Source: an uncultured bacterium (GTDB lineage: Bacteria; Planctomycetota; UBA1135; GCA-002686595). Taken from it: a stretch of 64,000 nt of DNA. Where the stretch lies: NCBI GenBank assembly GCA_943787795.1, contig CALSNU010000002.1:544001-608000 (forward strand), written 5' to 3'. Positions 19,611 to 29,789 of the stretch are shown in pieces. Under the pieces are notes generated by a model, which worked only from the letters and a program-made list of their open reading frames with translations, searched no databases and was not told where the DNA came from. Within the stretch, counting starts at the first letter, position 1, and every line of letters begins with the position of its first letter. Both the position numbers and the translations under genes were made by a program.

Positions 19611-19849
19611 GCCGCCCAAGGTCTCAGGGGACACCTGAGCGACCGGAGCCGTTGACGGGTTCTTGAATCGCGCGTGTAATCAGGGGCCGCGACCCAGGTC
19701 CGCACTCGGCGTCCCCACCGCCCCGCACCGAGGTCCCGGGCCCCGCCCCCCCTGCCCCCTGCCCCGCTCGCTGTCGGGCAAGCGGGCGCCCTTCCCCCCT
19801 CACGCCGCCTGCTCGCGGCCTGCCGCAAGGCATCGTTCGCACCGCACGG

Positions 19850-21499
19850 ATGGACGACTCCACCCTTAACACCAGCTTGCCCCCTGCACGGGAGGAGCTC
19901 CCCCAACGGCCGAGCGCCCGGGTTGTCCGGACCGCCTCCCCGCGGCCGGAGCGAGCCGAAGGTTCCGGGCGAGGCCTGTTCGACGCCGAGGAGGCGCCAG
20001 CGCCCCCTGAAGCCACGGGGGCCGTGGCCGAGGGAGAGCAGGTCGAACACCTCGCCAACAGCCTCCGAGACGCCCTCGTGGCAGCCCTCGCGCCCGAGCA
20101 GTTTCAGACCTGGTTCAAGCGGTCGAAGCTCATTCGAATCGACGACGAGAGCGCGGTGATCGCCGTCCCGAACAGCTTTGCGAAGGAGTGGATCGCGAAG
20201 TACTACCTCGACGTCCTGCAGCGCGCCGTGGACTCCATCCTCGGCGCCGACCGGCAGGTGGTCCTCGTCGAGCAGCCGGAGAGCCTCGTGGTGGAGTCGG
20301 CCCCCAGGGACCGCGACGAGGCGAGCACTGGTCCGGCGGCGGCCCCTCGGGAGGGCGCCGGCGGCGGAGATGCCCGGGGGCCCGAGGCCGCGCCACTGGC
20401 GGCACCTGCGGCCCCGGCGCGTCGCGAACAGCAGCCGATTCGCCGCAGCCAACTGGACGCCGCCAGCGACTTCGTCCTGAACCCCAAGTGCACCTTCGAG
20501 AGCTTCGTCGTCGGCCCCTGCAACCGCTTCGGGCACGCCGCCTCGCTGGGCGCAGCCGAACAGCCGGGCAAGTCCTACAACCCCCTCTTCCTCCACGGCC
20601 GGGTGGGCGTGGGCAAGACGCACCTGCTCCAGGCCTTCTGCTACTCCGTCCTCGATCGGTTCCCCGACTCTCGCATCCTCTACCTGTCCTGCGAGACGTT
20701 CGTGAACCACTTCATCGACGCCCTCGAGAACGGCGACATGATGTCCTTCCGGGATAAGTACCGGAACATCGACGTGCTCGTCGTGGACGACATCCAGCTG
20801 CTCGCCAACAAGGAGCGGACCCAGGAGGAGTTCTTCCACACCTTCAACTCGCTCTACAACGCGGGCAAGCAGATCGTCCTCTCCTCGGACAGCCCGCCGA
20901 AGGACATCCCGACCCTGCAGGACCGGCTCGTCTCACGCTTCAAGTGGGGCATGGTCACCGAGATCGAGCCCCCGTGCTTCGAGACCCGCATGGCGATCGT
21001 GAAGCGCAAGGCTCGCGAGCGCGGCACCGAGCTCCCCGACGATGTCGCGCAGTTCATCTCCGAGAACATCGAAGAGAACGTCCGCGAGCTGGAGGGCGCG
21101 GTGACCCGCCTCTTCGGGTACACGCGACTGACCAACGCGAAGATCTCCGTGGACCTCGCGAGAGAGGCCCTCGCGGGCCTGATCGAGGTGCGCGCGGGCG
21201 TTCCCACCGTCGACGACATCATCTCGCTGGTCACCGAGCACTATCAGGTCAAGCTCTCCGAGCTTCAGTCCAAGAGGCGCACCAAGGCCATCGCCTTCCC
21301 CCGACAGGTCGCCATGTACCTGTCTCGAAAGGTCACGCGACACTCCCTCGAGGAGGTCGGGGGCTTCTTCGGCGGCCGAGACCACACGACGGTGCTCTAC
21401 GCCGTGGAGAAGATCGAGAAGGAGATCGCCGCCGACCGAGAGTTCTCCCGGCGCATCCAGCACTTCCTCGACCGCCTCGGGACTGGTGGGCGCTCCTGA
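19850..21499 (+). CDS. dnaA: Chromosomal replication initiator DnaA
   Basis: TFESFVVG, YNPLFLHGRVGVGKTHLL, DDIQ, QEEFFHTFN, RELEGA, FGGRDHTTV; true start may be slightly downstream. Confidence 0.97.
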   Translation: MDDSTLNTSLPPAREELPQRPSARVVRTASPRPERAEGSGRGLFDAEEAPAPPEATGAVAEGEQVEHLANSLRDALVAALAPEQFQTWFKRSKLIRIDDESAVIAVPNSFAKEWIAKYYLDVLQRAVDSILGADRQVVLVEQPESLVVESAPRDRDEASTGPAAAPREGAGGGDARGPEAAPLAAPAAPARREQQPIRRSQLDAASDFVLNPKCTFESFVVGPCNRFGHAASLGAAEQPGKSYNPLFLHGRVGVGKTHLLQAFCYSVLDRFPDSRILYLSCETFVNHFIDALENGDMMSFRDKYRNIDVLVVDDIQLLANKERTQEEFFHTFNSLYNAGKQIVLSSDSPPKDIPTLQDRLVSRFKWGMVTEIEPPCFETRMAIVKRKARERGTELPDDVAQFISENIEENVRELEGAVTRLFGYTRLTNAKISVDLAREALAGLIEVRAGVPTVDDIISLVTEHYQVKLSELQSKRRTKAIAFPRQVAMYLSRKVTRHSLEEVGGFFGGRDHTTVLYAVEKIEKEIAADREFSRRIQHFLDRLGTGGRS

Positions 21500-22224
21500 G
21501 CCCCAACCGCAGCGCTCGAGCGGCCCCGTTCCCGGGCCGCAGCCAGGCCGCCGTCAGAGCCCTTGCTCTGCCGGCGGCTTTGCTGTTCCAGGACGCCTTG
21601 CTCGCGGCGCCCGCCCCCCGCTTGGCGTTGTGGACAGCTCTGGGGAAGAGCTGTCGAAAGGACCTTGGCCGACCGTGCACCAGCGCACCTCTTGGGTGGA
21701 GTGTTGTGGGCCTCTCGGGGAACAAGTCGGTGAGCCATTGTGAGTAGGTCGGGGAGTCTGGTCGCCCGCATCTCCTCCCCCGGGGGCCCCTGTTGATAGG
21801 CGTGGACAAGCGTCCCGTTTTCCACCGCCGCCCCACCGGCTCGCCCGCACTCCCCACATCCCAACCAAGCCCATAAGCCGCCAAATCAAAATGACTTAGG
21901 TCGCCCATCGCGGCGCTTTGAACGATAGACAGGGGCCCCTATTAAGACGAAGATATCAATACAGGAGAGAGGCCTGGAAAACCTGTCCTCCCGCCTGTGA
22001 TGCGCGCCTCTTGGCCGCTCCGCATCTCCCGCACGAACCCCTGACCTGGGTCGCTGACCCTGGCGACGACAGGCGTCTGACCCTTCGGGCCGCCTGTCGT
22101 CCGAAGACTCCTCTGCCACGGACCTCGTGCAGGCACTTGCAGCGCGTCACCGGTGCGCTCCACCCCACCCCTCGCTTCTTCGTCCCGGGCCACCCCGGGG
22201 GCGCAACAAGGAACAAGATCAATC
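21500..22224. other. Probable replication origin (oriC)
   Basis: 725-bp dnaA-dnaN spacer with DnaA-box-like TGTGGACAG 21629, TGTCGAAAG 21652, TGTTGATAG 21791, CGTGGACAA 21801, TTTTCCACC 21818, CTCCCCACA 21850, then AT-rich stretches at ~21872-21900 and ~21940-21980. Confidence 0.7.
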
Positions 22225-23325
22225 ATGAAGGCCACCTGCGATCGAGACGCTCTGCGTGAGGGACTCGCCATCATCTGCGGCGTCATCCCGACCAAGAGCC
22301 CCAAGCCGATCCTCTCCAACGTCTGCCTCGTCGCGACCGACGACTTGGTCGAGCTCGTGGGCACAGACCAGGAGGTCTCGGTTCGCTTCAAGCTCGACAA
22401 GGTCGACGTCGCCGAGCCGGGCCCCGTCGTGATCCCGGCTCGGACCGCCTTCGACTTCGTCCGCGATCTCTCGGGCGAGACCGTCACGATCTCCACGGAT
22501 GAGTCTCGCTGCACCATCACAAGCGGTGAGGACTCCTGTGAGCTCGTTGTGGCCGATGTGGACGAATTCCCGGTGGTTCCCCGCTTTGACGACCAGGGTT
22601 CCGTCAGCGTCCAGGGAGGGAGCTTCTCGCGCCTTGTGGGAAGGACCGCCTTCGCAGCGGCTCGTGAGCCCGGGCGCTACGCCATGCACGGCGTGCTGAC
22701 CGAGCTCGACAACGACCAGCTGCGGCTCGTGGCCACGGACGGTCGGCGCCTCTCCATGGCATCGATCCCCGTTGAGATGGCGGGCGCGGAGAAGACCAGC
22801 GCCATCATCCCCACCAAGGGCATGCAGCTCTTCTGCCGGGTGATCCCCGACCCTCTCGACCAGATCCGTCTCTCGCTCAAGGATGGCCAGGTGGGCCTGC
22901 GCTCGAAGAACGCCGAGATCTTCGCCCGGCTGATCGACGGGGACTTCCCCCAGTACTCCGCCGTGATCCCCGCGGAGTGCGGCAACGCCATCGAGGCCGA
23001 CGCAGAGCAGTTCACGCGCAAGCTCCGGCTGGTCTCCAACGTCTCGGGTGACGAGACCCGCGCCGTTCGCTTCCGGGTGAAGGGCGAACAACTCGAGCTG
23101 TTTGGCCACTCCGCTGATCGGGGTGAGGCCACAGCTCACATGGAGGTTGCATTCAAGGGCGAGGAGGCGGAGATCGCCTTCAACGCGGATTACGTCCTCG
23201 ATGGCCTGAAGAATGGCGCTCCCGAGCGCGTGATCCTCGAGTTCGGTCAGAAGACCAGCCCGGGCAAGTTCACGCTTGGAGAGAACCACATCTACATCGT
23301 CATGCCCATCACGCTGGACGCCTGA
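22225..23325 (+). CDS. dnaN: DNA polymerase III beta sliding clamp
   Basis: GTDQEV, VATDGRRL, ARLIDGDFPQY, IAFNADY, YIVMPI. Confidence 0.96.
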   Translation: MKATCDRDALREGLAIICGVIPTKSPKPILSNVCLVATDDLVELVGTDQEVSVRFKLDKVDVAEPGPVVIPARTAFDFVRDLSGETVTISTDESRCTITSGEDSCELVVADVDEFPVVPRFDDQGSVSVQGGSFSRLVGRTAFAAAREPGRYAMHGVLTELDNDQLRLVATDGRRLSMASIPVEMAGAEKTSAIIPTKGMQLFCRVIPDPLDQIRLSLKDGQVGLRSKNAEIFARLIDGDFPQYSAVIPAECGNAIEADAEQFTRKLRLVSNVSGDETRAVRFRVKGEQLELFGHSADRGEATAHMEVAFKGEEAEIAFNADYVLDGLKNGAPERVILEFGQKTSPGKFTLGENHIYIVMPITLDA

Positions 23326-23332
23326 GTCCGAG

Positions 23333-23713
23333 ATGGCTGCCGCTCGTCGCCGCCCCTCCCGGCGCCGGGGACGCTCCGGGCGACCGGGACGAACCGGCGC
23401 TGAGCCCGAACGCGGGCTACTGATGCCGCTCGGCGACGCCCTCAAAGAATACCTCGATGATTCCCGTGTCCTGCAGCGCAAGAAGGCCGGTCCGGCCCTC
23501 GCTGCCTGGGACGCGGCCGTTGGTCCGGACCTCTCCAGCCGCGCCACCGCGGTCTCGTTCCGGCGCGGCGAACTGATCATCGAAGTCGACAACTCATCCC
23601 TGCTCTCCGAGCTCCGGGGGTTCGCCTCCGAAGACCTACGAACGCGCGCGGACGCCCTCCTCGAGGGCGCCACGATTCGCAAGCTCTCCTTCAAGTTGAA
23701 ACGCCGCTCATGA
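23333..23713 (+). CDS. dciA: DciA/DUF721 family helicase loader
   Basis: AWDAAVG..LSSRATAVSFRRGELIIEVDNS; typical position between dnaN and gyrB. Confidence 0.8.
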   Translation: MAAARRRPSRRRGRSGRPGRTGAEPERGLLMPLGDALKEYLDDSRVLQRKKAGPALAAWDAAVGPDLSSRATAVSFRRGELIIEVDNSSLLSELRGFASEDLRTRADALLEGATIRKLSFKLKRRS

Positions 23714-26157
23714 GCGACATGGACCAGACCGCCGACGCCGCCAGCCCGACCTACGGCGCAGACTCGATCACCATCCTCGAGGGCCTCGAGGCCGTTCGGG
23801 TTCGTCCCGCGATGTACATCGGGGACACGGATACCCGGGGTCTCCACCACCTCATCTGGGAGGTTGTGGACAACGCGGTGGATGAGGCGCTCGCCGGTCA
23901 CGCCAGCCACTGCCGAGTCATCCTCCGGGCGGACGGCTCGGTCTCCGTCGAGGATGACGGCCGGGGCATTCCCGTGAGTATGCACCCGACCGAGGGCGTC
24001 CCCGCCGTCGAGGTCGTGCTCACCAAGCTCCACGCCGGCGGCAAGTTCGATGACCAGGCTTACAAGGTCTCCGGCGGCCTCCATGGCGTCGGCGTCTCCT
24101 GCGTCAACGCGCTCTCGACGCTGCTCACCGTTCAGGTGCACAAGGACGGCGAGGTCCACGAGATGTCGTTCGAGCGCGGCGACAAGTCCACCGACCTGGC
24201 GGTCGTCGGCACGACCGACCGCACCGGGACCACGGTGACCTGGTTCGCCGACCCGGAGATCTTCTCCACCACCGAGATCGAGTACGACGTCGTCGAGAAG
24301 CGGCTTCGGGAGACGGCCTACCTGATGGGCACGCGAGGCCTTCGGATCGAGCTCGAGGATGAGCGCACGGGCGCCTCCGAGGTCTTCGAGTATCCCGACG
24401 GACTGAAGACCTTCGTCACCCACATCAACAAGAACAAGTCGGTCCTCCACGACGGCGTCGTTCACTTCTCGAAGGCGGTTCCCTCCACCGATGACCCGGG
24501 CGCCGAGTACGAGGTAGAGCTCGCGCTCCAATACTCGGACTCCTATCAGGAGAACGTCTTCACGTTCGTCAACAACATCAATACGCACGGCGGAGGCACG
24601 CACCTCGCCGGCCTCCGCGGCGCGATCTCGAGGACCCTCGGCGCCTATGCACGCGCCGGTAAGCTGGTCAAGGAGAACCAGGACCTGCCCTCTGGCGACG
24701 ACTGGCGTGAGGGGCTCACCGCCGTGCTCTCTCTGAAGGTCCCCGACCCTCAGTTCGAGGGACAGACCAAGGACAAGCTCGGCAACCGCGAGGCCCAGGG
24801 GATCGTGGAAGCCGCGGTCAACGACCTCTTCGGGACCTACCTCGAGGAGAACCCGGGACCGGCCAAGTCGATCGTCGGCAAGGCCGTGCGGGCCAAGGAG
24901 GCGCGCGACGCAGCGCGCAAGGCGCGCGACCTCGTGCGGCGCAAGTCCGCGCTGGCCAGCGGCAACCTGCCCGGCAAGCTCGCGGACTGTCAGAGCAAGA
25001 ACCGCGACGAGACCGAGATCTACATCGTCGAGGGTGACTCGGCCGGCGGGCCGGCCAAGCAGGGCCGGGACCGGCGCTATCAGGCGATCCTCCCGATCAA
25101 GGGCAAGATCCTGAACGTCGAGAAGGCGCGCCTCGACAAGATGCTCGGGCACCAGGAGATCCAGCTGATCATCTCGGCGCTCGGCACGGGCATCGGCGCC
25201 GAGTTCGACATCGAGAAGCTGCGCTACGGCAAGATCATCATCATGACGGACGCTGATGTGGATGGCTCCCACATCCGCACGCTGCTCCTGACGTTCTTCT
25301 TCCGGCAGATGCCGGAGACCATCGAGCGGGGCCACCTCTACATCGCGCAGCCGCCTCTCTACAAGCTGACGGTGGGCAAGAAGAGCCAGTACATCGTCGA
25401 CGACCCCTCGCTCCGCAAGGCGTTGCTCGAGCGTGGTGTGGAGCAGATCACCGTCGAGGATCGTGCCGCCAAGAAGGAGTGGACCGGCGCAGAACTGAAG
25501 ATGCTCTTGGATCAACTCCAGGAGCTTCAGAACCTCGTGGACGGGGCCGTCCCGGCCTGGTCAGAGACGACGTTCACGGAGTTCCTCGAGCGCTGGGACG
25601 GGTCGAACCTGCGGCCCATTCACGCTGCGCGGGGGGCGAACGCGGAGTTCTTCAACACGAAGGAGGAGCTCGACCGTTGGCTTGAGCTCCAGGGGGTGGA
25701 CGGGGACCTGAAGGTCTATCGTGGCCCCGACAGCAACGTCCTCCGCCAGGACGCGGACGTCGTGGTGACCTTCCTCCGACAGCAGCAGGAGATCGAGGCT
25801 GTTCTCGGGTCCATCGCTGAGGGTGGCCTGCAGTTCCAGGGCGGCGGCAACTTCCTGGTCCGTACGTCGAAGGGTGCCGAGCAGGAGTGCGGGAACCTGA
25901 TGGACCTCGCGAAGGAGGTTCAGAAGGGAGCGCAGTCCGACGTGGACATCCAGCGCTACAAGGGCCTTGGTGAGATGAACCACGACCAGCTCTGGGAGTC
26001 GACCATGGACCCCACGACGCGAAGCCTCTACCAGGTGACGCTCGACGACGCCCTGGGGGCCGACGAGATCTTCACCATCCTGATGAGTGAGGGCGTCGAG
26101 GCCCGGCGCGAGTACATCGAGCAGCACGCCCTCGAGATCACCAACCTCGACGTCTGA
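23710..26157 (+). CDS. gyrB: DNA gyrase subunit B
   Basis: EVVDNAVDE, SGGLHGVGVSCVNALS, EGDSAGG, MTDADVDGSHI, QRYKGLGEM. Confidence 0.97.
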   Translation: MSDMDQTADAASPTYGADSITILEGLEAVRVRPAMYIGDTDTRGLHHLIWEVVDNAVDEALAGHASHCRVILRADGSVSVEDDGRGIPVSMHPTEGVPAVEVVLTKLHAGGKFDDQAYKVSGGLHGVGVSCVNALSTLLTVQVHKDGEVHEMSFERGDKSTDLAVVGTTDRTGTTVTWFADPEIFSTTEIEYDVVEKRLRETAYLMGTRGLRIELEDERTGASEVFEYPDGLKTFVTHINKNKSVLHDGVVHFSKAVPSTDDPGAEYEVELALQYSDSYQENVFTFVNNINTHGGGTHLAGLRGAISRTLGAYARAGKLVKENQDLPSGDDWREGLTAVLSLKVPDPQFEGQTKDKLGNREAQGIVEAAVNDLFGTYLEENPGPAKSIVGKAVRAKEARDAARKARDLVRRKSALASGNLPGKLADCQSKNRDETEIYIVEGDSAGGPAKQGRDRRYQAILPIKGKILNVEKARLDKMLGHQEIQLIISALGTGIGAEFDIEKLRYGKIIIMTDADVDGSHIRTLLLTFFFRQMPETIERGHLYIAQPPLYKLTVGKKSQYIVDDPSLRKALLERGVEQITVEDRAAKKEWTGAELKMLLDQLQELQNLVDGAVPAWSETTFTEFLERWDGSNLRPIHAARGANAEFFNTKEELDRWLELQGVDGDLKVYRGPDSNVLRQDADVVVTFLRQQQEIEAVLGSIAEGGLQFQGGGNFLVRTSKGAEQECGNLMDLAKEVQKGAQSDVDIQRYKGLGEMNHDQLWESTMDPTTRSLYQVTLDDALGADEIFTILMSEGVEARREYIEQHALEITNLDV

Positions 26158-26311
26158 GGCGCGGCCCGCCCCGAGGGGCGAACGCGCCTAATTGCAAGAT
26201 TGTACGTTTGGGGTGGGTGGCTCCTGGGTCACCCCCAAACCGTTCAAGGCTCAGGCTCAAGGGGTCGATAAGCAACTCCAGTCCCGGGCCCCTCGTGGAC
26301 GGAGATCCCCC

Positions 26312-26977
26312 TTGAAGTATTCGCAACGACTGGACTACGCACGCCTCGCAGAGACCCTGCTCGAGCGAGGCCTCGTAGCCCCTGAGCCGGTTCGCGAGCT
26401 TCTCCAGCTGAGCCGCGAGGGCGGCATGGGGTTCTGTGAGGCGCTGGTGACCTCGAGCCTGGTGGCGGACTGGGAGCTCGCGCGGCTGATCAGCGAGACC
26501 TTCCAGCTCCCGTTCCTGCCGGTCGAGCTCCTGGTTCCCAACCCTGCAGCTCAGGAGGGGATCGACAAGGACTTTTTCATCCAACACAACCTCGTCCCCG
26601 TCGACACCTTCGGACAGATCCTCACGGTGGCGATGCCGGGCCTGGTGCCGGCCGAGGTCCTCGCGCAGGTCTCTGCGCACACGGACTACGAGGTGCTGCC
26701 CCTTGTCGGGTCAGTGGAATCGAACCGCCGCTGGGTCAGTGACAACCTCGAGGCTCGGGTGGTCCCCGAGCGTGAGGGCGGCTGGGGCTCGATCTTCGAC
26801 GAGGCTGACGCCGAGGTGTTGGCGGGCCTGGACGACGAGACCGGCTTTGTCGCGCCGGATCCGCTCCCGCTGGAGATGGGCGAGACGCTGGACCTCGGCT
26901 CGATCGAGGCCCAGGTCGTGGAGCCCAACGAGCTCCCCCCGATGCCGGAGTTCGGCGACGCTCAAGAGGGCCGCTAG
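26312..26977 (+). CDS. Stand-alone GspE/PilB N-terminal (MshEN/T2SSE_N-like) domain protein
   Basis: RLAETLLERGLV…, LVPVDTFGQILTVAMP; acidic tail; no ATPase motifs; GGAG then TTG start. Confidence 0.65.
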   Translation: MKYSQRLDYARLAETLLERGLVAPEPVRELLQLSREGGMGFCEALVTSSLVADWELARLISETFQLPFLPVELLVPNPAAQEGIDKDFFIQHNLVPVDTFGQILTVAMPGLVPAEVLAQVSAHTDYEVLPLVGSVESNRRWVSDNLEARVVPEREGGWGSIFDEADAEVLAGLDDETGFVAPDPLPLEMGETLDLGSIEAQVVEPNELPPMPEFGDAQEGR

Positions 26978-27780
26978 GTCCGACTCCTGGGCACGCGCCA
27001 GTCGCCGCCGAGGCGGCGAACGAGGGCGTGATCGGCGAGCCGCGGAGAGAGGATCGAGAGGATCCCCAGTAGCCGCCACTTCCACCGCAGCGAGACCTCG
27101 GGCTTCGGGGTTCGGTCGAGGGCGAGGATGGCCTGGGCGACCTCGCTGGCCGGGCGCGCCTCGTCCAGGTCTGGATCTGGCAGCCCCTGGGGGTTCAGCT
27201 GGTTCTGGAAGAAGCCGGTCGCGGTGAGGGCAGGGTTCAGGGTGCTGACGGCGATGTCCTCTTCGGCCCACTCGACACGCAACGCCTCGCCGATGGAGCA
27301 GACCGCCGCCTTGCTCGCCGAGTAGCCAGCTTGGCCCGGAATGCCCCGGCGCCCGACGACGCTCGAGACGTTCACGACCACGGGGCGCTCCCCGCGGACC
27401 AGCAGCGGGTAGCAGGCCTTGCAGGTCAGGAGTAAGGCAAAAACGTTGGTGTCGAAGACCCGACGGAGGGGCTCGGGATCGAGCTCGCTCACGCGGGCCC
27501 GATACCCGATGCCAGCGTTGTTGACCAGCAGGTCCAGGCCGCCGAAGGCGCCCTCGAGGGAGCGAACCGCACCCTCAATCTCCTCGACCCGGGTGAGGTC
27601 GCAGGGGAGGACCAGGTGGTCGCCCTCTGCCGGGCGGGGGAGCTCCGCGGCGACGGCTTCCAGCCGAGCCCGGTTCCGGGCGAGGAGCGCCACGCGGTAT
27701 CCCTCTGCGGCGAGGAGCCGCGAGACCGCCTCGCCGATGCCGGAGGAGGCGCCGGTCACGAGGGCGCGTCGGCCCCTCAA
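26974..27780 (-). CDS. SDR family oxidoreductase
   Basis: TGASSGIG, NNAG, YSASK. Confidence 0.93.
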   Translation of the reverse strand: MRGRRALVTGASSGIGEAVSRLLAAEGYRVALLARNRARLEAVAAELPRPAEGDHLVLPCDLTRVEEIEGAVRSLEGAFGGLDLLVNNAGIGYRARVSELDPEPLRRVFDTNVFALLLTCKACYPLLVRGERPVVVNVSSVVGRRGIPGQAGYSASKAAVCSIGEALRVEWAEEDIAVSTLNPALTATGFFQNQLNPQGLPDPDLDEARPASEVAQAILALDRTPKPEVSLRWKWRLLGILSILSPRLADHALVRRLGGDWRVPRSRT

Positions 27781-28337
27781 CGAGCACCACTCACTTTGCG
27801 GACCTTCCTTCGGGCTCGGTCCCAGCGCTGAAGCTCTCGCTCCACCCGTGCGACCTGCTGGTCGTTGGGGTAGAGGTCCTGGATCTCGAGCACCCAGTCA
27901 CCAACGCGTTCGAACGCCACGTCCAGCTTGGCCCTCCCGACGGCGCCCGTGCGCTGGAAGGTGTCTTCATCTCCGGCCTTGCGGGCCTTCTCCGCCTCGT
28001 TCACGAGGGTGATGCCCTCCGACGCCAGGGCACATGCGGCCAGGTAAGCGGGGTTCTGGAGGAGGCCAACGGGCGCCCGGTTGGAGTGGACGGTCCGCGT
28101 TCCGGCGGTTCCACCCGGACTGTTGTCGATGTCGGCGAAGGGGTTCGGCCCGCTCGGCAACGTCTCGGCCGCCGGCGCCGCGGGGCTTGCCTGCTGCGGG
28201 GACTCCTTCTTCTTCTTGTTGGTCACCACGGCAACGGCGAGCGCAGCGAGCGGAATCGCGGCGATCAGGAGGACAACCGGTAGGAGGTTGATTCCATTCT
28301 GGGGCCTTTGGTGGTCCCTCTCGGAGCGGCGTGCCAT
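27777..28337 (-). CDS. Hypothetical single-pass membrane protein
   Basis: TM segment followed by a poly-Lys stretch and a helical domain; overlaps the SDR start. Confidence 0.65.
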   Translation of the reverse strand: MARRSERDHQRPQNGINLLPVVLLIAAIPLAALAVAVVTNKKKKESPQQASPAAPAAETLPSGPNPFADIDNSPGGTAGTRTVHSNRAPVGLLQNPAYLAACALASEGITLVNEAEKARKAGDEDTFQRTGAVGRAKLDVAFERVGDWVLEIQDLYPNDQQVARVERELQRWDRARRKVRKVSGAR

Positions 28338-28454
28338 GGGGAGAGCTTAGCGGGGTAGAGCGGCGATGGGGCCCCGGCGACGGGACGCGGCGACGGGACG
28401 TGGCGAAGGGAGACAGCGAGGGCAGACCCGGTGGTGCGGGTCGGCGAAGAGCGG

Positions 28455-29789
28455 CTAGGCAAGCGGGGCTCGAAGCCGCGCGGCATAGCCGCCGTCCGCA
28501 GGTCCCCCCGCGTCGAGAGCCGCGGGTGCGGACCGGCGCTCCTCCTCGAGGGTCCACCCGGTGTGCTCCTCGAGGAAGCCGCGGACCTGCTGCTCGTTCT
28601 CTTCGTTCTCGAGGCTGCAGGTGGAGTGGACCAGGACCCCCCCCGGCTCGACGTGCCCGCTGGCCGAGCGGAGCAGCTCTCGTTGAAGCTCGACCAGGGC
28701 GCGCTGGCTCTGTGGGCCATGGCGCCACTTGGCCCCGGGGCGCTGCGCGAGGACGCCGGTGTTACTGCAAGGCGCGTCGACGAGGACGGCGTCGAACCGG
28801 GCCGCGGGGCCCAGCCCGCGCGCCTGATCCATCGCAGCCAGCTCGGGGACTGGGAGGCCGAGGCGCTGGAACCCGGTGCGGATCCGCTGGAGCCGGTGCG
28901 GGGACAGATCGCAGGCGACGAGGCGTTGGGGCCCGGACTCCAGTATCGCCGCGGTCTTCCCCCCGGGCGCAGCGCAGAGGTCGAGGACCCGGAGACCTTC
29001 GACCTCGCTCAGCATCTGCGCCGCGCCGAAGGCGTGCTCTCCCTGCACGGTGAGCTCCCCGTGGTGGAAGAGCGGAGAGGCGAGGGCCGTTGAAGCGTCT
29101 TCGGGAGCGACGAGGAGGAACCGCGCGTGCCGGCCGTTCGTGCACCCCACGCCGGCCGCCTCGAGCGTGGCCCGCACCTCCTCTCTGGGCCGCGCCGAGC
29201 GGATCCTGAGGGAGAGCGGCGGCTCCTCGAGGGCCAGCGCGGCGAGTCGGTCCGCCTCCTCACGGCCCACCCGCTGGGTCCACCGCTTGTGCAGTGCGCT
29301 GGGAAGAGAGAGGGCGTCTTCTGCCCACAGGTGGGGGTGCTCCTCGGGGTCACGGAAGACAGGGAATTCGAAGCGGAGGTTCGTACCGACGACGTCGCGC
29401 GAGGGGTCGCCCGACGCGCCGGGGAGCACCGCGCGCTGAACGCTGCGCAGCACCGCGTTCGCGGTGCGCCCCTTCCCTAGACCGAGGTGGTCGGTCACAC
29501 AGCGGACGGTCTCCGAGACCGCCGCGTGGTCCGGGACGCGGTCGAGGAACAAGAGCTGCGCGATCCCGAGCCGAAGCAGCGCCGCGAGGTCCGCCTTGGG
29601 CTTGGCGTGGACAAATGCCCCGAGCACCGCGCGGAGCGTTCCTCGGCGACGGATCTCGGTCCCCACCAGGCGCCTCGCCAGGGCCGTGTCCCTCGGGTCG
29701 AGGCCCCGGAGGGAGGCGTACCGGTCGACTTCCCGCAGCGGCGTGGGGGAGCCGCTTCGCAGGCACATGTATGCGGTCTGGCGGGGCAT
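28455..29789 (-). CDS. rsmB: 16S rRNA m5C methyltransferase RsmB/Sun with NusB-like N-terminus
   Basis: LRLGIAQLLFLDRVPDHAAVSETV, DLCAAPGGKT, DAPCSNTG, STCSLENEEN. Confidence 0.92.
   Translation of the reverse strand: MPRQTAYMCLRSGSPTPLREVDRYASLRGLDPRDTALARRLVGTEIRRRGTLRAVLGAFVHAKPKADLAALLRLGIAQLLFLDRVPDHAAVSETVRCVTDHLGLGKGRTANAVLRSVQRAVLPGASGDPSRDVVGTNLRFEFPVFRDPEEHPHLWAEDALSLPSALHKRWTQRVGREEADRLAALALEEPPLSLRIRSARPREEVRATLEAAGVGCTNGRHARFLLVAPEDASTALASPLFHHGELTVQGEHAFGAAQMLSEVEGLRVLDLCAAPGGKTAAILESGPQRLVACDLSPHRLQRIRTGFQRLGLPVPELAAMDQARGLGPAARFDAVLVDAPCSNTGVLAQRPGAKWRHGPQSQRALVELQRELLRSASGHVEPGGVLVHSTCSLENEENEQQVRGFLEEHTGWTLEEERRSAPAALDAGGPADGGYAARLRAPLA

Noticed and set aside
22219..25515. 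1098-aa antisense ORF, and similar long shadow ORFs (18224-20839, 42598-44448, 57995-59683, 60786-62699)
   Set aside because: They lie opposite well-conserved genes; stop-poor antisense frames are expected at high GC
25380..25930. Insertion in the GyrB TOPRIM region; gyrA not adjacent
   Set aside because: Both are common in Gram-negative lineages
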